A DNA stretch of 64,000 nt from Acutalibacteraceae bacterium. Its GTDB lineage: Bacteria > Bacillota > Clostridia > Oscillospirales > Acutalibacteraceae. A model generated the notes under the pieces. The model saw only the letters and a program-made list of their open reading frames with translations. It was not told where the DNA came from and did no database searches. Below, in pieces: positions 38,756-48,266 of the stretch (position 1 is its first letter; each line of letters starts with the position of its first letter). The translations under genes and the position numbers were made by a program. The stretch is from contig JAZUIY010000017.1 of the NCBI GenBank assembly GCA_045642465.1, positions 9,165-73,164 on the forward strand. The letters are read 5' to 3'.

Positions 38756-40126
38756 GTGGAAGAAATAAGAGAGAATAAAATGGGCACCATGCCCGTTGGG
38801 AAACTGTTGATTACCACTTCACTTCCCATGATGATTTCCATGTTGGTGCTGGCCCTTTATAACATTGTGGACAGTTACTTCGTGGCGAAAATTCACGAGG
38901 ATGCCATGACGGCTTTGTCCTTGGCATTCCCAATTCAGAACTTGATGATTGCATTCTCGGTAGGTACCGGGGTAGGCGTAAATGCCTTGCTTTCCAAGAG
39001 CTTGGGGGAAAAGAACCAAACCTTGGTAAACAAGAGTGCCAATAACGCCGTCTTTATTTATTTCTGTACCTTCCTGCTGTTTGCTATAGCCGGTGTATTT
39101 GTGGTAAAGCCATTCTTTGCACTGCAGCACGCCACCGACTTGGCAGTGGAATACGGCATCAGTTATTTGAGTGTTATTATGATTTGCTCCTTTGGCGTAT
39201 TTGCCCAAGGCTGCATGGAACGTCTGCTGATTTCCACCGGACGGACCATTTATTCCATGATTACTCAAATTGTAGGTGCAGTCATCAACATTATTTTGGA
39301 CCCAATCTTAATTTTCGGTTACCTGGGCGCTCCACAGATGGGCGTTAAGGGTGCAGCCATTGCCACCATCATTGGTCAGTGCTGCGCTGCCGCTTTGGGT
39401 ATTTACTTTAACCGTAAGTTCAATCCGGAAATCAAACTGAGCTTTAAAATGATGAAGCCGGACTGGCAGGTCATTGGCAGAATTTATAAGGTTGGTTTGC
39501 CATCCATTGTCATGTCTTCCATTTCTTCCATCATGGTATTCGGCATGAACAAGATTCTCATGAGCTTTACCCAGACCGCAGTTACCGTATTCGGTGCCTA
39601 TTTCAAGCTCCAGAGCTTCGTCTTTATGCCGGTATTCGGTATGAACAGCGGCTTGGTCCCAATTATTGCTTATAACTATGGCGCCCGGAATTACAACCGT
39701 ATTACGGGCACCCTGAAGAAGGCAGTGAAATATTCCGTCAGCATTATGGTGGTGGGCTGTGTTCTGTTTGAACTCTTCCCGGCACCGCTGCTGTCCATCT
39801 TCAGCGCCTCTGACACCATGCTGCAAATTGGTGTTCCGGCCCTTCGGATTATTGCCATTCACTTCCCAATTGCAGGCGCAGCCATTATGTTCATGTCCAC
39901 CCTGCAGGCGTTGGGTAAGTCCATTAAGAGTTTGATTGTTTCCTTGCTCCGTCAGCTGGGTGCATTGCTTCCATCTGCTTGGCTCCTTGCTCAGACCGGA
40001 AACTTAAACATGGTTTGGTTCGCCTTCCCAATTGCAGAAGCCGTATCCATTACCTGTGTATCCCTGTTCCTTCGCATGTCTTTGAAGGAAATCAAAAAAG
40101 AAATCCAGCCAACGTTGGCGGAATAA
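38756..40126 (+). CDS. MATE-family efflux transporter
   Basis: 12 TM with a typical MATE N-terminus (GKLLITTSLPMMISM). GTG start with GGAGGGG RBS; ATG 38780 is an alternative. Confidence 0.85.
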   Translation: MEEIRENKMGTMPVGKLLITTSLPMMISMLVLALYNIVDSYFVAKIHEDAMTALSLAFPIQNLMIAFSVGTGVGVNALLSKSLGEKNQTLVNKSANNAVFIYFCTFLLFAIAGVFVVKPFFALQHATDLAVEYGISYLSVIMICSFGVFAQGCMERLLISTGRTIYSMITQIVGAVINIILDPILIFGYLGAPQMGVKGAAIATIIGQCCAAALGIYFNRKFNPEIKLSFKMMKPDWQVIGRIYKVGLPSIVMSSISSIMVFGMNKILMSFTQTAVTVFGAYFKLQSFVFMPVFGMNSGLVPIIAYNYGARNYNRITGTLKKAVKYSVSIMVVGCVLFELFPAPLLSIFSASDTMLQIGVPALRIIAIHFPIAGAAIMFMSTLQALGKSIKSLIVSLLRQLGALLPSAWLLAQTGNLNMVWFAFPIAEAVSITCVSLFLRMSLKEIKKEIQPTLAE

Positions 40127-40160
40127 TAAAAAAGCGGCAGTCATTTGACTGCCGCTTTTC
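40127..40160. terminator. bidirectional intrinsic terminator (MATE + / plsY -)
   Basis: Stem GCGGCAGTC/GACTGCCGC (40134-40142 / 40147-40155) with a flanking A-run and T-run. Confidence 0.75.
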
Positions 40161-40928
40161 TTATTTCTTATTTTTGCTTTTCTGCTTTTTTGGCTTGGTT
40201 TCTTTCGACTCTGCCGGAATGGTAACGTTCTCAATGGAACCCCAAAGGGTTTTGTGGAACCGGGTTGGCTCCTTCTCTTTTTCGCCCCAAAGCGGTTCCC
40301 GTTCCCCGTTTATGACACCAATTAAATTGTTGCGGTGCCGGTAGAAGGAAATTAACGGATACAGACAGGCGCTCAGGGTAATCCAGTAGAAACCGTCGTA
40401 GGAATAATAAATGGCGATGTAGCCTACCAGAGAAAAGAAGTCAAACATTAAAGAGGCCAGCACCGTTCTCTTGGAAAGAACGAGACCCAGTAAAGCCGGA
40501 ATGGCGGCAATGAGAAAGACCTTCCAATTGATGATGAGGCAAACCCCTAGAGAAAGGGCAACCCCTTTTCCGCCGCGGAAACCCATCCAACATGGATAGT
40601 TGTGTCCGAGAATGGCAAAGACCCCGCTGATTAATTGAAGCACAATAGAGGTTTCTATGGAGCCCACAATGGCTTCGGTTAACACCAACTTGGTAAAAAG
40701 AACGGCAACCGCGCCTTTGGTAATGTCTACTAAAAGACAGATAAAGCCAAATTCAAAACCGAAGACACGGAAGGCGTTGGTGGCGCTAAAATAGTTGCTT
40801 CCTTCTTCTCTTAAATCCTTTCCGTAGAACTTGATTCCTAAGAGTAAAGCAGGCTGCGCAGAGCCAATTAGGTAGCTAAATAAAAAGCAGCCAACAATGC
40901 AGATGGCAACCAGTGCCGAGTGGCTCAT
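40161..40928 (-). CDS. plsY: glycerol-3-phosphate acyltransferase PlsY with about 50-aa Lys-rich C-terminal extension
   Basis: PlsY motifs DITKG and FRGGKGVA. 255 aa, versus roughly 200 aa as I recall for the family. Confidence 0.85.
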   Translation of the reverse strand: MSHSALVAICIVGCFLFSYLIGSAQPALLLGIKFYGKDLREEGSNYFSATNAFRVFGFEFGFICLLVDITKGAVAVLFTKLVLTEAIVGSIETSIVLQLISGVFAILGHNYPCWMGFRGGKGVALSLGVCLIINWKVFLIAAIPALLGLVLSKRTVLASLMFDFFSLVGYIAIYYSYDGFYWITLSACLYPLISFYRHRNNLIGVINGEREPLWGEKEKEPTRFHKTLWGSIENVTIPAESKETKPKKQKSKNKK

Positions 40929-40945
40929 AAGCCCTTCCCTCCTTG

Positions 40946-40974
40946 TTGAAAAGATACGTTAAACACGGTAGAAT
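40946..40974 (+). promoter_or_regulatory. sigma-70-like promoter for Rrf2 regulator gene
   Basis: TTGAAA (40946-40951), 17-nt spacer, TAGAAT (40969-40974). Confidence 0.45.
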
Positions 40975-40994
40975 ATGTGGCAGGTGATAGATTT

Positions 40995-41408
40995 ATGATG
41001 ATTAGTACAAAAGGGCGTTATGCCTTCCGCTTTATGTTGGATTTGGCCCAACATAAAGAGGATGGATATATTTCTTTAAAAGAAGTTGCAGAACGCCAAA
41101 ATATTTCCATGAAATACTTGGAAGCCATTACCAGCCGCTTAACCAAAGCGGAATTGATTACGGCTCATCATGGAAAAAACGGGGGCTACATGCTTTCCCG
41201 TTCGCCTGCGGATATTTCTGCCGGTGAAATTCTGAAGTGTGCAGAAGGGGACTTGGCTCCTGTTTCTTGCACCGGATCCGAATCCGGCTGTGACAATATG
41301 ACAGAATGCCTGACGTATCCCCTTTGGAAAAATTTGGATGACCGCATTTATGCTTACCTCGACAGTGTGTCTTTGGAAGACGTTTTGCTGGGTCATGTAA
41401 ACAGCTAA
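40995..41408 (+). CDS. Rrf2-family transcriptional regulator
   Basis: MMISTKGRYA N-terminus and a winged HTH. C-terminal Cys residues (C..C....C) suggest an Fe-S ligand set. The track start 40977 lies upstream of the predicted TSS. Confidence 0.85.
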   Translation: MMISTKGRYAFRFMLDLAQHKEDGYISLKEVAERQNISMKYLEAITSRLTKAELITAHHGKNGGYMLSRSPADISAGEILKCAEGDLAPVSCTGSESGCDNMTECLTYPLWKNLDDRIYAYLDSVSLEDVLLGHVNS

Positions 41409-42194
41409 TTATTTTACACCGTCAAAGGTACGGTTATAAATGGCGTTGACCACAAACCGTTCCGTTTTGGTACGGGACGTACAGGTGGACAAGGTCAACA
41501 TTTGTTCTTGTCCGGTTACATTGTGGTAGCCAAAGTCTACGACGGACAGTGCTACTACACTTTGCAGCCAGTAGAACCGGCTTTGTTCGTTTTCAAAGCT
41601 GAGAAGATAAATATCATCAGAAGTTTCTGCCGTAAAGCAGGAAACAATCTTATACTCTAAAACTCTGTTGTCTTGCAGAATGTAAATGTAAGGATGCGCC
41701 TTGGCATAGGTGGCATCTTTATATTTTTTCAAAGACCCGAACATGGACCCGTTTTTGGTGTTGTGACCGTAAATGAGAATGTGTGGGTCGGTTAAATCCG
41801 GCTTACATTCCGCAGCGAGGAAGATGCTGCCGAAGTCACTGTAAGAGCGGGTGAAGGTGTGCTTCAGGTAATAATTGTTGTTGTCCGGTGCCATCAGCGG
41901 ATAGTTGACCGGTGTGTCCGGAATTAATATCCAGCCTAAGGTGTCTGGGTTGGCAACTTTTAAACCGGCATGGTCAATGCTAACCCCCAGGTTGATGGTG
42001 TTGTCCTGAGCCGGCGTTCCGGATGAGGTTTCACTGACGTACTCCTCCGAAACGGTGTCGTATAATTGGTCTCCCTTATGATAGTCGTAAGCCATCTTGC
42101 CCAATTCAAAGGCGGCAATTAAGAAGATGAGAAGGAACAACATTTCCAGAATAAAGAGCATTCTGGAACGGTAGTTGGACTGCTTTTCACTCAT
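41409..42194 (-). CDS. srtB: class B sortase
   Basis: N-terminal TM, LIYGHN (His) and TLSTC (Cys) catalytic contexts, size and pattern of SrtB. Its stop codon abuts the rrf2 stop (TAATTA). Confidence 0.85.
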   Translation of the reverse strand: MSEKQSNYRSRMLFILEMLFLLIFLIAAFELGKMAYDYHKGDQLYDTVSEEYVSETSSGTPAQDNTINLGVSIDHAGLKVANPDTLGWILIPDTPVNYPLMAPDNNNYYLKHTFTRSYSDFGSIFLAAECKPDLTDPHILIYGHNTKNGSMFGSLKKYKDATYAKAHPYIYILQDNRVLEYKIVSCFTAETSDDIYLLSFENEQSRFYWLQSVVALSVVDFGYHNVTGQEQMLTLSTCTSRTKTERFVVNAIYNRTFDGVK

Positions 42195-42266
42195 GGGAAT
42201 GAACTCCTTTCATTGTTTTCCCATATTATACCATGAATTCATAAACCACGAAAAGGAAAGAGCAAA

Positions 42267-44177
42267 ATGATTTTAAACCTCAGTAATCTGAAAAAGTCCT
42301 TCGGGGACCGCCTCTTGTTTGAAGGGGCCAATCTTTCCGTGGAAAAGGGAGACATTATAGGCCTCATTGGAGCCAATGGGGTAGGGAAAACCACCCTGTT
42401 CCGGATCATCACCGGGCAGGAAAGTGCAGACGAAGGCCTGGTTGCCATTTCACCGGTATTAACGGTAGGTTACCTGGAACAACATGTCTGCGCTGATTCA
42501 GACAAAACTACCTATGAAGAAACCTTAACGGTATTTGAGCCGTTGAAAAAAATAGAGGCCCGCTTGGAAGAACTCCACCGGGCTTTGGAAGAAAAGTCGG
42601 ACCCAGATTTAATTCTGGAACAGGAAACGCTGCTGGAACAGTATAAGGCAAAAGACGGGCTGACCTATTTGAATCTGACCCGTTCCGTATTGACCGGACT
42701 GGGCTTTACGGAAGAGGAACAGGAACTTCCTGTAAAAAGCCTCTCTGGGGGTCAGAAATCCAAGATAGGTCTGGCTAAGTTACTTCTCCAAAAGCCCGAC
42801 TTAATGCTCCTAGACGAACCGACAAACCACTTGGACATCCGTTCCGTGGACTGGCTGGAAAAATTCATCCTAGGCAGTCACATTACCACTATTATTATTT
42901 CCCATGACCGTTACTTCCTGGACAAGGTCTGTAACAAAATGGCGGAAATTACCACCCACAAGGTGTACGTCACCGACGGCAATTATTCCAGGCATATGGA
43001 ATTAAAGGCGGAGCGTGACCTGTCGGAGGAACGCCATTACAAGAACGTCATGGATGAAGTGCACCGGCTGGAGGGCGTCATTGAACAACAGCGCCGCTGG
43101 AACCGGGAAAAGAATATCAAAACTGCCGAAAGTAAACAAAAGCAGATTGACCGCATGACGGCCGGGCTGGAAAAGCCGGAACAGGAAAACTTTGACTTTT
43201 CCTTTGCCTTCCGGGCTGCCACCGTCAGCGGAGATGACGTGCTGGAACTCCATGACGTTTCCATGGCGTTCCCGGATAAACTGCTTTATGAGAATGTGTC
43301 CTTTGAGGTAAAACGGGGAGAACACATTTTTATAGTGGGAGAAAACGGCATTGGCAAAACCACTTTAATCAAACAGATTATGCGAAAGGGCCGGGGCGTG
43401 AAGTTCGGCGTCGGTGTTACCGTAGGATACTTTGATCAGCACCAGTTGAACTTGAGCCCACGGAAAACTGCCTTTGAGGAAATCCACGATGCCTACCCGC
43501 GCATGACCAATACGGAGGTGCGGTCCGCTTTGGCCATTTTCGGCTTTAAGCAGGACAAGGTGTTTGAAGAAATCAGTACCCTTTCCGGTGGAGAGCGGGC
43601 CAAAATTTCTCTTTGCAAGCTGATGCTTCAGCAGTGCAACCTGCTGATTTTAGACGAACCGACCAACCACTTAGATATCTATTCCATGGCCGCCCTGGAA
43701 GAGGCCCTAAAAGCCTACGATGGCACCTTGCTCATCATTAGCCACGACCGTTATTTCATCAATCAGTTGGCAGACAAAATTGTCTACTTAGAGCCGACGG
43801 ATACCGAAGTATACGTAGGCGACTTTGACCGTTTCTTAGAAGAGCGGGAACGCCGGGAATCCGGTGTCTCCTCGGTAGAAGAAAAGCCGAAAAAGGAAAT
43901 GGGCACCGGCGGAAAAAGCTATCTGGAGCAAAAGAAGCTCCGCTCCGAACGAACCAAAGCCAAAACGGCACTGAAGAATAAAGAACGGGAAATTGAAGAT
44001 CTGGAACAGCTGGTTGAGCAACTGACAGAGGCCTTAGATGACGACGCCATTGCCACTGACTTTTCCAAAATTACAGAACTATCGGAACAGCTGGCAGATG
44101 CCAACGGGAAACTGGAGGAGGCCATGGCCACCTGGGAATCCCTGGCAGAAACCGTAAGTTCCTTTGAAGAGGAATAG
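42267..44177 (+). CDS. ABC-F family ATPase (translation factor type; Uup-like C-terminal coiled coil)
   Basis: Two NBDs (GANGVGKTT/LSGGQ and GENGIGKTT/LSGGE), no TM domains, charged linker and C-terminal coiled coil. Confidence 0.88.
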   Translation: MILNLSNLKKSFGDRLLFEGANLSVEKGDIIGLIGANGVGKTTLFRIITGQESADEGLVAISPVLTVGYLEQHVCADSDKTTYEETLTVFEPLKKIEARLEELHRALEEKSDPDLILEQETLLEQYKAKDGLTYLNLTRSVLTGLGFTEEEQELPVKSLSGGQKSKIGLAKLLLQKPDLMLLDEPTNHLDIRSVDWLEKFILGSHITTIIISHDRYFLDKVCNKMAEITTHKVYVTDGNYSRHMELKAERDLSEERHYKNVMDEVHRLEGVIEQQRRWNREKNIKTAESKQKQIDRMTAGLEKPEQENFDFSFAFRAATVSGDDVLELHDVSMAFPDKLLYENVSFEVKRGEHIFIVGENGIGKTTLIKQIMRKGRGVKFGVGVTVGYFDQHQLNLSPRKTAFEEIHDAYPRMTNTEVRSALAIFGFKQDKVFEEISTLSGGERAKISLCKLMLQQCNLLILDEPTNHLDIYSMAALEEALKAYDGTLLIISHDRYFINQLADKIVYLEPTDTEVYVGDFDRFLEERERRESGVSSVEEKPKKEMGTGGKSYLEQKKLRSERTKAKTALKNKEREIEDLEQLVEQLTEALDDDAIATDFSKITELSEQLADANGKLEEAMATWESLAETVSSFEEE

Positions 44178-44188
44178 GGGGAAACCAT

Positions 44189-45868
44189 ATGTTTAAACTG
44201 CAGGCAGCCTTTATTTGTGACGGCCATAAGCACGCCACCACCGAATTTGACAATCCATATTTCACTGTGGATTATAGCGATGCATTTAACCACATTACTG
44301 CGAAGCTTTTGGTCAAAAAGGATATTACTTTTGAATCCTTTTCTTTAGACGAAAAGCACGCCTTTGATAAGAATGATATCTTCTTTGCCAACGGATATCA
44401 GTCCTGGTCCACTTCTGTGGAACGGACCAAAGATGAAACAGCAGAAGGATACATTAAGCTGGCAGACTACATTAGCCTGGGCCAGTATTGTGCCTCTACC
44501 TTTGCAGATTACAACTTCACCAACTATTGGGAAAAGGGCGTATTCCATTCTGCCACCTTTACTTACCTTCGGAAAAAGGGTGGCAAGGACATTACCCTTT
44601 ATGGTTCCAAGTCCGAACGCCAGGGCTTTACCTTCTTTGAAGTGGACATGCAAAAGGGCCGCTTCTCCATTACGAAAGATGTAGAAGGCTTACAGTTAAA
44701 GGCAGGCCAGGAATATGACCTGGTAGATGTCACAGTCATTAACGACAGCTATGACAACGCCTTTGACCAGTACTTCTTTAAGTTCTGCGGATTTAAGAAG
44801 CCAAAAATTGACCGCCTTGCCGGTTACACTTCCTGGTATAACTATTTCCGCAATATAGATGAAAAGATTATTCTCCGTGACCTGGATGGCTTGGACATTG
44901 TAAAAGACCAGGCAGAAATCTTCCAGATTGATGATGGTTATTCTAAGGTAGGGGACTGGACCAGCCCAGATAAAGAAAAGTTCCCGAATGGACTGAAGGC
45001 AATTGTAGAAAAGGTTCATGCCAAAGGATATAAGGCCGGCTTGTGGTTGGCACCGCTGAATGTGCAGATGAGTTCCGACCTGTTCAAAGCCCACAGAGAC
45101 TGGCTGATTCCATCTCCGAAATATGGCCCGAAGCTGCCGGAACTGGGGCTCATTAACTGGGGCCCAACCTTTGTTCTGGATATTGAAAAGCCGGAAGTCA
45201 GAGGCCACTTAAAGAATGTCTTCAACACCGTTCTGAACGAATGGGGCTTTGACATGGTAAAACTGGACTTCCTCTATACTGCCTGCATGTTCCCACGGAA
45301 CGGGAAGACCCGCGGCCAGTTGATGTGCGAAGCAGTAGACCTGCTCCGGGAATGCTGCGGTGACAAGATTGTTTTGGGCTGCGGCTGTCCTCTGGGCGCC
45401 TGCATGGGTATTTTTGATGCCTGCCGCATTGGCTGTGACGTCAACCCGGTATTTGCAGGGGATCTCTTCAACAAGCTGAAGCTGAACAACGAACTGCCAT
45501 GCACCAGAAACACCATGATGGACACGGTATTCCGCAGAGGCTTAAACGGTCGTGCATTTTTAAATGACCCAGATGTATTCTTCCTGCGGGACTTCAATTT
45601 GGACTTTACCATGGAACAGAAACTGGACTTGGCGAAAGTCAACGACATGTGCGGTTCCATCATCTTTATGTCCGATGACGCCGGTCAGTATGACGACAAG
45701 GCCAAGAAGTACTTAAAGAATGTGTTCTCCAAGAAGGACTACAAGGTAGAATTGGCAGAGTTTGTAGATGCCGATACCTTGAAAATTAAGTACACCGAAA
45801 ACGGCAAAAAGAAAACCTTGCAGTTTAATTTAAATGACGGTAAGGGAAACGTAACCGAAAACTTCTAA
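44189..45868 (+). CDS. GH36-family alpha-galactosidase-like glycoside hydrolase
   Basis: FQIDDGY, KAGLWLAP and VKLDFLY motifs characteristic of the GH27/36 catalytic barrel. Confidence 0.8.
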   Translation: MFKLQAAFICDGHKHATTEFDNPYFTVDYSDAFNHITAKLLVKKDITFESFSLDEKHAFDKNDIFFANGYQSWSTSVERTKDETAEGYIKLADYISLGQYCASTFADYNFTNYWEKGVFHSATFTYLRKKGGKDITLYGSKSERQGFTFFEVDMQKGRFSITKDVEGLQLKAGQEYDLVDVTVINDSYDNAFDQYFFKFCGFKKPKIDRLAGYTSWYNYFRNIDEKIILRDLDGLDIVKDQAEIFQIDDGYSKVGDWTSPDKEKFPNGLKAIVEKVHAKGYKAGLWLAPLNVQMSSDLFKAHRDWLIPSPKYGPKLPELGLINWGPTFVLDIEKPEVRGHLKNVFNTVLNEWGFDMVKLDFLYTACMFPRNGKTRGQLMCEAVDLLRECCGDKIVLGCGCPLGACMGIFDACRIGCDVNPVFAGDLFNKLKLNNELPCTRNTMMDTVFRRGLNGRAFLNDPDVFFLRDFNLDFTMEQKLDLAKVNDMCGSIIFMSDDAGQYDDKAKKYLKNVFSKKDYKVELAEFVDADTLKIKYTENGKKKTLQFNLNDGKGNVTENF

Positions 45869-45873
45869 TAGAA

Positions 45874-45910
45874 AAAGAAAAAGACCTGAGCAAAAGCTCA
45901 GGTCTTTTGG
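45874..45910. terminator. bidirectional intrinsic terminator
   Basis: Stem AGACCTGAGC/GCTCAGGTCT (45882-45891 / 45896-45905), A-run before and T-run after. Confidence 0.75.
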
Positions 45911-45921
45911 TTTATTAAGAT

Positions 45922-47307
45922 TTATTTGTTCTTAATATATTCATCCATTGCAGCAGCAGCGGTCTTGCCGGCGCCCATTGCAAGGATAACGGTAGCTGCA
46001 CCGGTAACTGCGTCACCGCCTGCATATACGCCTTCACGAGTGGTCAAACCATCTTCGTTGGCAATGAGGCAGCCCCACTTGTTGGTGTCCAGACCAGGAG
46101 TGGTGGAACGGATCAGTGGGTTTGGAGAAGTACCGATGGACATAACAACAGCATCAACATCCAGAATGAATTCGGAATCTGGAATAGCTACCGGACGACG
46201 ACGGCCGGAGTCATCAGGTTCACCGAGTTCCATTTCGATGCACTTCATGCCGGTTACCCAGCCATTTTCGTTGCCGACAATTTCAACTGGGTTGTTGAGC
46301 AGCTTGAAGATGATGCCTTCTTCCTTAGCGTGATGAACTTCTTCAGCACGGGCAGGGAGTTCTTCTTCGGAACGTCTGTAAACGATGTAAACTTCGTCAG
46401 CACCAAGACGCTTAGCGGTACGAGCTGCGTCCATTGCTACGTTACCACCACCAACGATAGCAACTTTCTTGTCGTGGGTGATAGGAGTGTCATAACCTTC
46501 CTTGTAAGCCTTCATGAAGTTTACACGGGTGAGGTATTCGTTTGCAGAGTAAACGCCGTTGAGGGATTCGCCAGGAATACCAAGGAAGCTTGGAAGACCA
46601 GCACCGGAACCTACGAATACAGCTTCATAGCCCTGTTCGAAGAGTTCGTCGATGGTTTCGCACTTACCGATAACGGCATTGGTGATGATGTTAACACCGA
46701 GAGCCTTAAGGCCTTCGATTTCCTTCTTTACGATAGCCTTTGGAAGACGGAATTCAGGAATACCATAGAGCAGTACACCGCCGGCTTCGTGGAATGCTTC
46801 GTAAATGGTAACTTCGTAACCAAGCTTAGCAAGGTCGCCTGCGCAGGTCAGACCGGAAGGACCGGAACCAACGACAGCAACTTTGTGTCCGTTTGGCTTG
46901 ATGTCATAAACTTCTGGCTTGCCGTTTTCACGGGCCCAGTCAGCAGCGAAGCGTTCCAGACGACCGATAGCAACCGGTTCACCCTTGATACCGCGTACGC
47001 ACTTGCCTTCACACTGGGATTCCTGTGGGCAAACACGACCGCAAACTGCAGGAAGTGCAGAGGTGGTCTTAATGATATCGTTAGCTTCCTGGAAGTCGCC
47101 GTTAACGATAGCCTGAATGAAGTCAGGAATCTGTACGTTTACAGGACAACCGGAAATACATGGCTTGTTTTTGCAGTTGAGGCAACGCTGTGCTTCTTCC
47201 TGTGCCATTTCAGCAGTGTAACCAAGAGATACTTCTAAGAAGTTCTTGTTTCTTACGTTAGGATCCTGCTCTGGAATGGCAACCTTAGTCAGAGACATGT
47301 TTGGCAT
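45922..47307 (-). CDS. nfnB: NADH-dependent reduced ferredoxin:NADP+ oxidoreductase subunit B (GltD-like)
   Basis: 461 aa. Two Fe-S Cys clusters (CLNCKNKPC...CP) and dinucleotide folds VAVVGSGPSGL and VAIVGGGNVAMD. Start overlaps the nfnA stop. Confidence 0.8.
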   Translation of the reverse strand: MPNMSLTKVAIPEQDPNVRNKNFLEVSLGYTAEMAQEEAQRCLNCKNKPCISGCPVNVQIPDFIQAIVNGDFQEANDIIKTTSALPAVCGRVCPQESQCEGKCVRGIKGEPVAIGRLERFAADWARENGKPEVYDIKPNGHKVAVVGSGPSGLTCAGDLAKLGYEVTIYEAFHEAGGVLLYGIPEFRLPKAIVKKEIEGLKALGVNIITNAVIGKCETIDELFEQGYEAVFVGSGAGLPSFLGIPGESLNGVYSANEYLTRVNFMKAYKEGYDTPITHDKKVAIVGGGNVAMDAARTAKRLGADEVYIVYRRSEEELPARAEEVHHAKEEGIIFKLLNNPVEIVGNENGWVTGMKCIEMELGEPDDSGRRRPVAIPDSEFILDVDAVVMSIGTSPNPLIRSTTPGLDTNKWGCLIANEDGLTTREGVYAGGDAVTGAATVILAMGAGKTAAAAMDEYIKNK

Positions 47308-48152
47308 TATTCAGCAACTCCTTTTCTCATAAGATTACAATATTCTTCTCTATCCTTGTCCTGCTTTTCTTTAAAGATAACAGCACGACGCATAGCTTCA
47401 TCAAAGTCTACTTTGAAACCGTCAAAGTCCGGACCGTCTACGCAAGCGAATTTAACTTCACCGTCAACGGTAAGGCGGCAGCCGCCGCACATGCCGGTAC
47501 CGTCAATCATAACCGGGTTCATGGATACGATAGTACGAATATCGTATTCTTTGGTGAGCTGAGCTACGAATTTCATCATGATCAGCGGACCAATAGCAAT
47601 AACGCAGTCATAATTTGCACCAGCTTCAATCTGACGCTTCAGGATGTCGGTTACGAGGGCCTTTTCGCCATAAGAACCGTCATCGGTGCAGAGATAAAGG
47701 TTGTCACAAACAGCCTTCATTTCGTCTTCAAGGATAACCAAATCCTTGTTACGGAAACCAGTGATCAGGTCACACTGGATGCCAAGTTCATGAAGAGCCT
47801 TAGCCTGTGGGTAAGCAATTGCGCAACCTACGCCACCGCCGATAACAGCAACTTTCTTCATGCCGTCAAATTCGGAAGCAATACCGAGTGGGCCAACGAA
47901 GTCCATAATGAAGTCGCCTTCATTCAGGTCACCCAACTTCCAGGTGGATTTACCAACCTTCTGGAAGATAATGGTGATGGTTCCCTTTTCACGATCGTAA
48001 TCAGCAACGGTCAGAGGAATACGCTCACCGGTTTCATCAATTCGAAGAATGATGAACTGGCCGGCCTTAGCCTTTTTGGCTACCAGAGGAGCGTCAACTT
48101 CCATTAAGCAGACGGTTGGATTAAGATCTCTTTTTGTAACAATTTTGTACAA
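47307..48152 (-). CDS. nfnA: NfnA (ferredoxin-NADP+ reductase-like FAD/NAD-binding subunit with 2Fe-2S)
   Basis: 281 aa. RPLTV-like FAD motif (IPLTVAD), GGGVG NAD motif, C-terminal CGGC..C cluster. Confidence 0.8.
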   Translation of the reverse strand: MYKIVTKRDLNPTVCLMEVDAPLVAKKAKAGQFIILRIDETGERIPLTVADYDREKGTITIIFQKVGKSTWKLGDLNEGDFIMDFVGPLGIASEFDGMKKVAVIGGGVGCAIAYPQAKALHELGIQCDLITGFRNKDLVILEDEMKAVCDNLYLCTDDGSYGEKALVTDILKRQIEAGANYDCVIAIGPLIMMKFVAQLTKEYDIRTIVSMNPVMIDGTGMCGGCRLTVDGEVKFACVDGPDFDGFKVDFDEAMRRAVIFKEKQDKDREEYCNLMRKGVAE

Positions 48153-48266
48153 AGAAATCAGTCCTCTCTTTAGATGTATGTTTCAAAAAATTCTTTTGCC
48201 AAACAATTATATCATATAGGAAAACCTAGGTATAGTTTTAATAATATTTTGTCAATGTCAAAAAAA

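Noticed and set aside
46330-48107. Two long + strand ORFs (302 aa and 268 aa) across the nfnB/nfnA region
   Set aside because: Both are antisense to genes carrying clear Fe-S and dinucleotide-binding motifs. The translations have no recognisable domains and an odd composition (Phe/Asn/Thr rich).
48250-48261. Tandem TTGACATTGACA (minus strand) upstream of nfnA; considered as a Rex or other redox-regulator operator
   Set aside because: It is not palindromic and does not match the TTGTTAA-N4-TTAACAA-type Rex box I recall. It is more simply two overlapping -35-like hexamers. I could not pair either one with a convincing -10.
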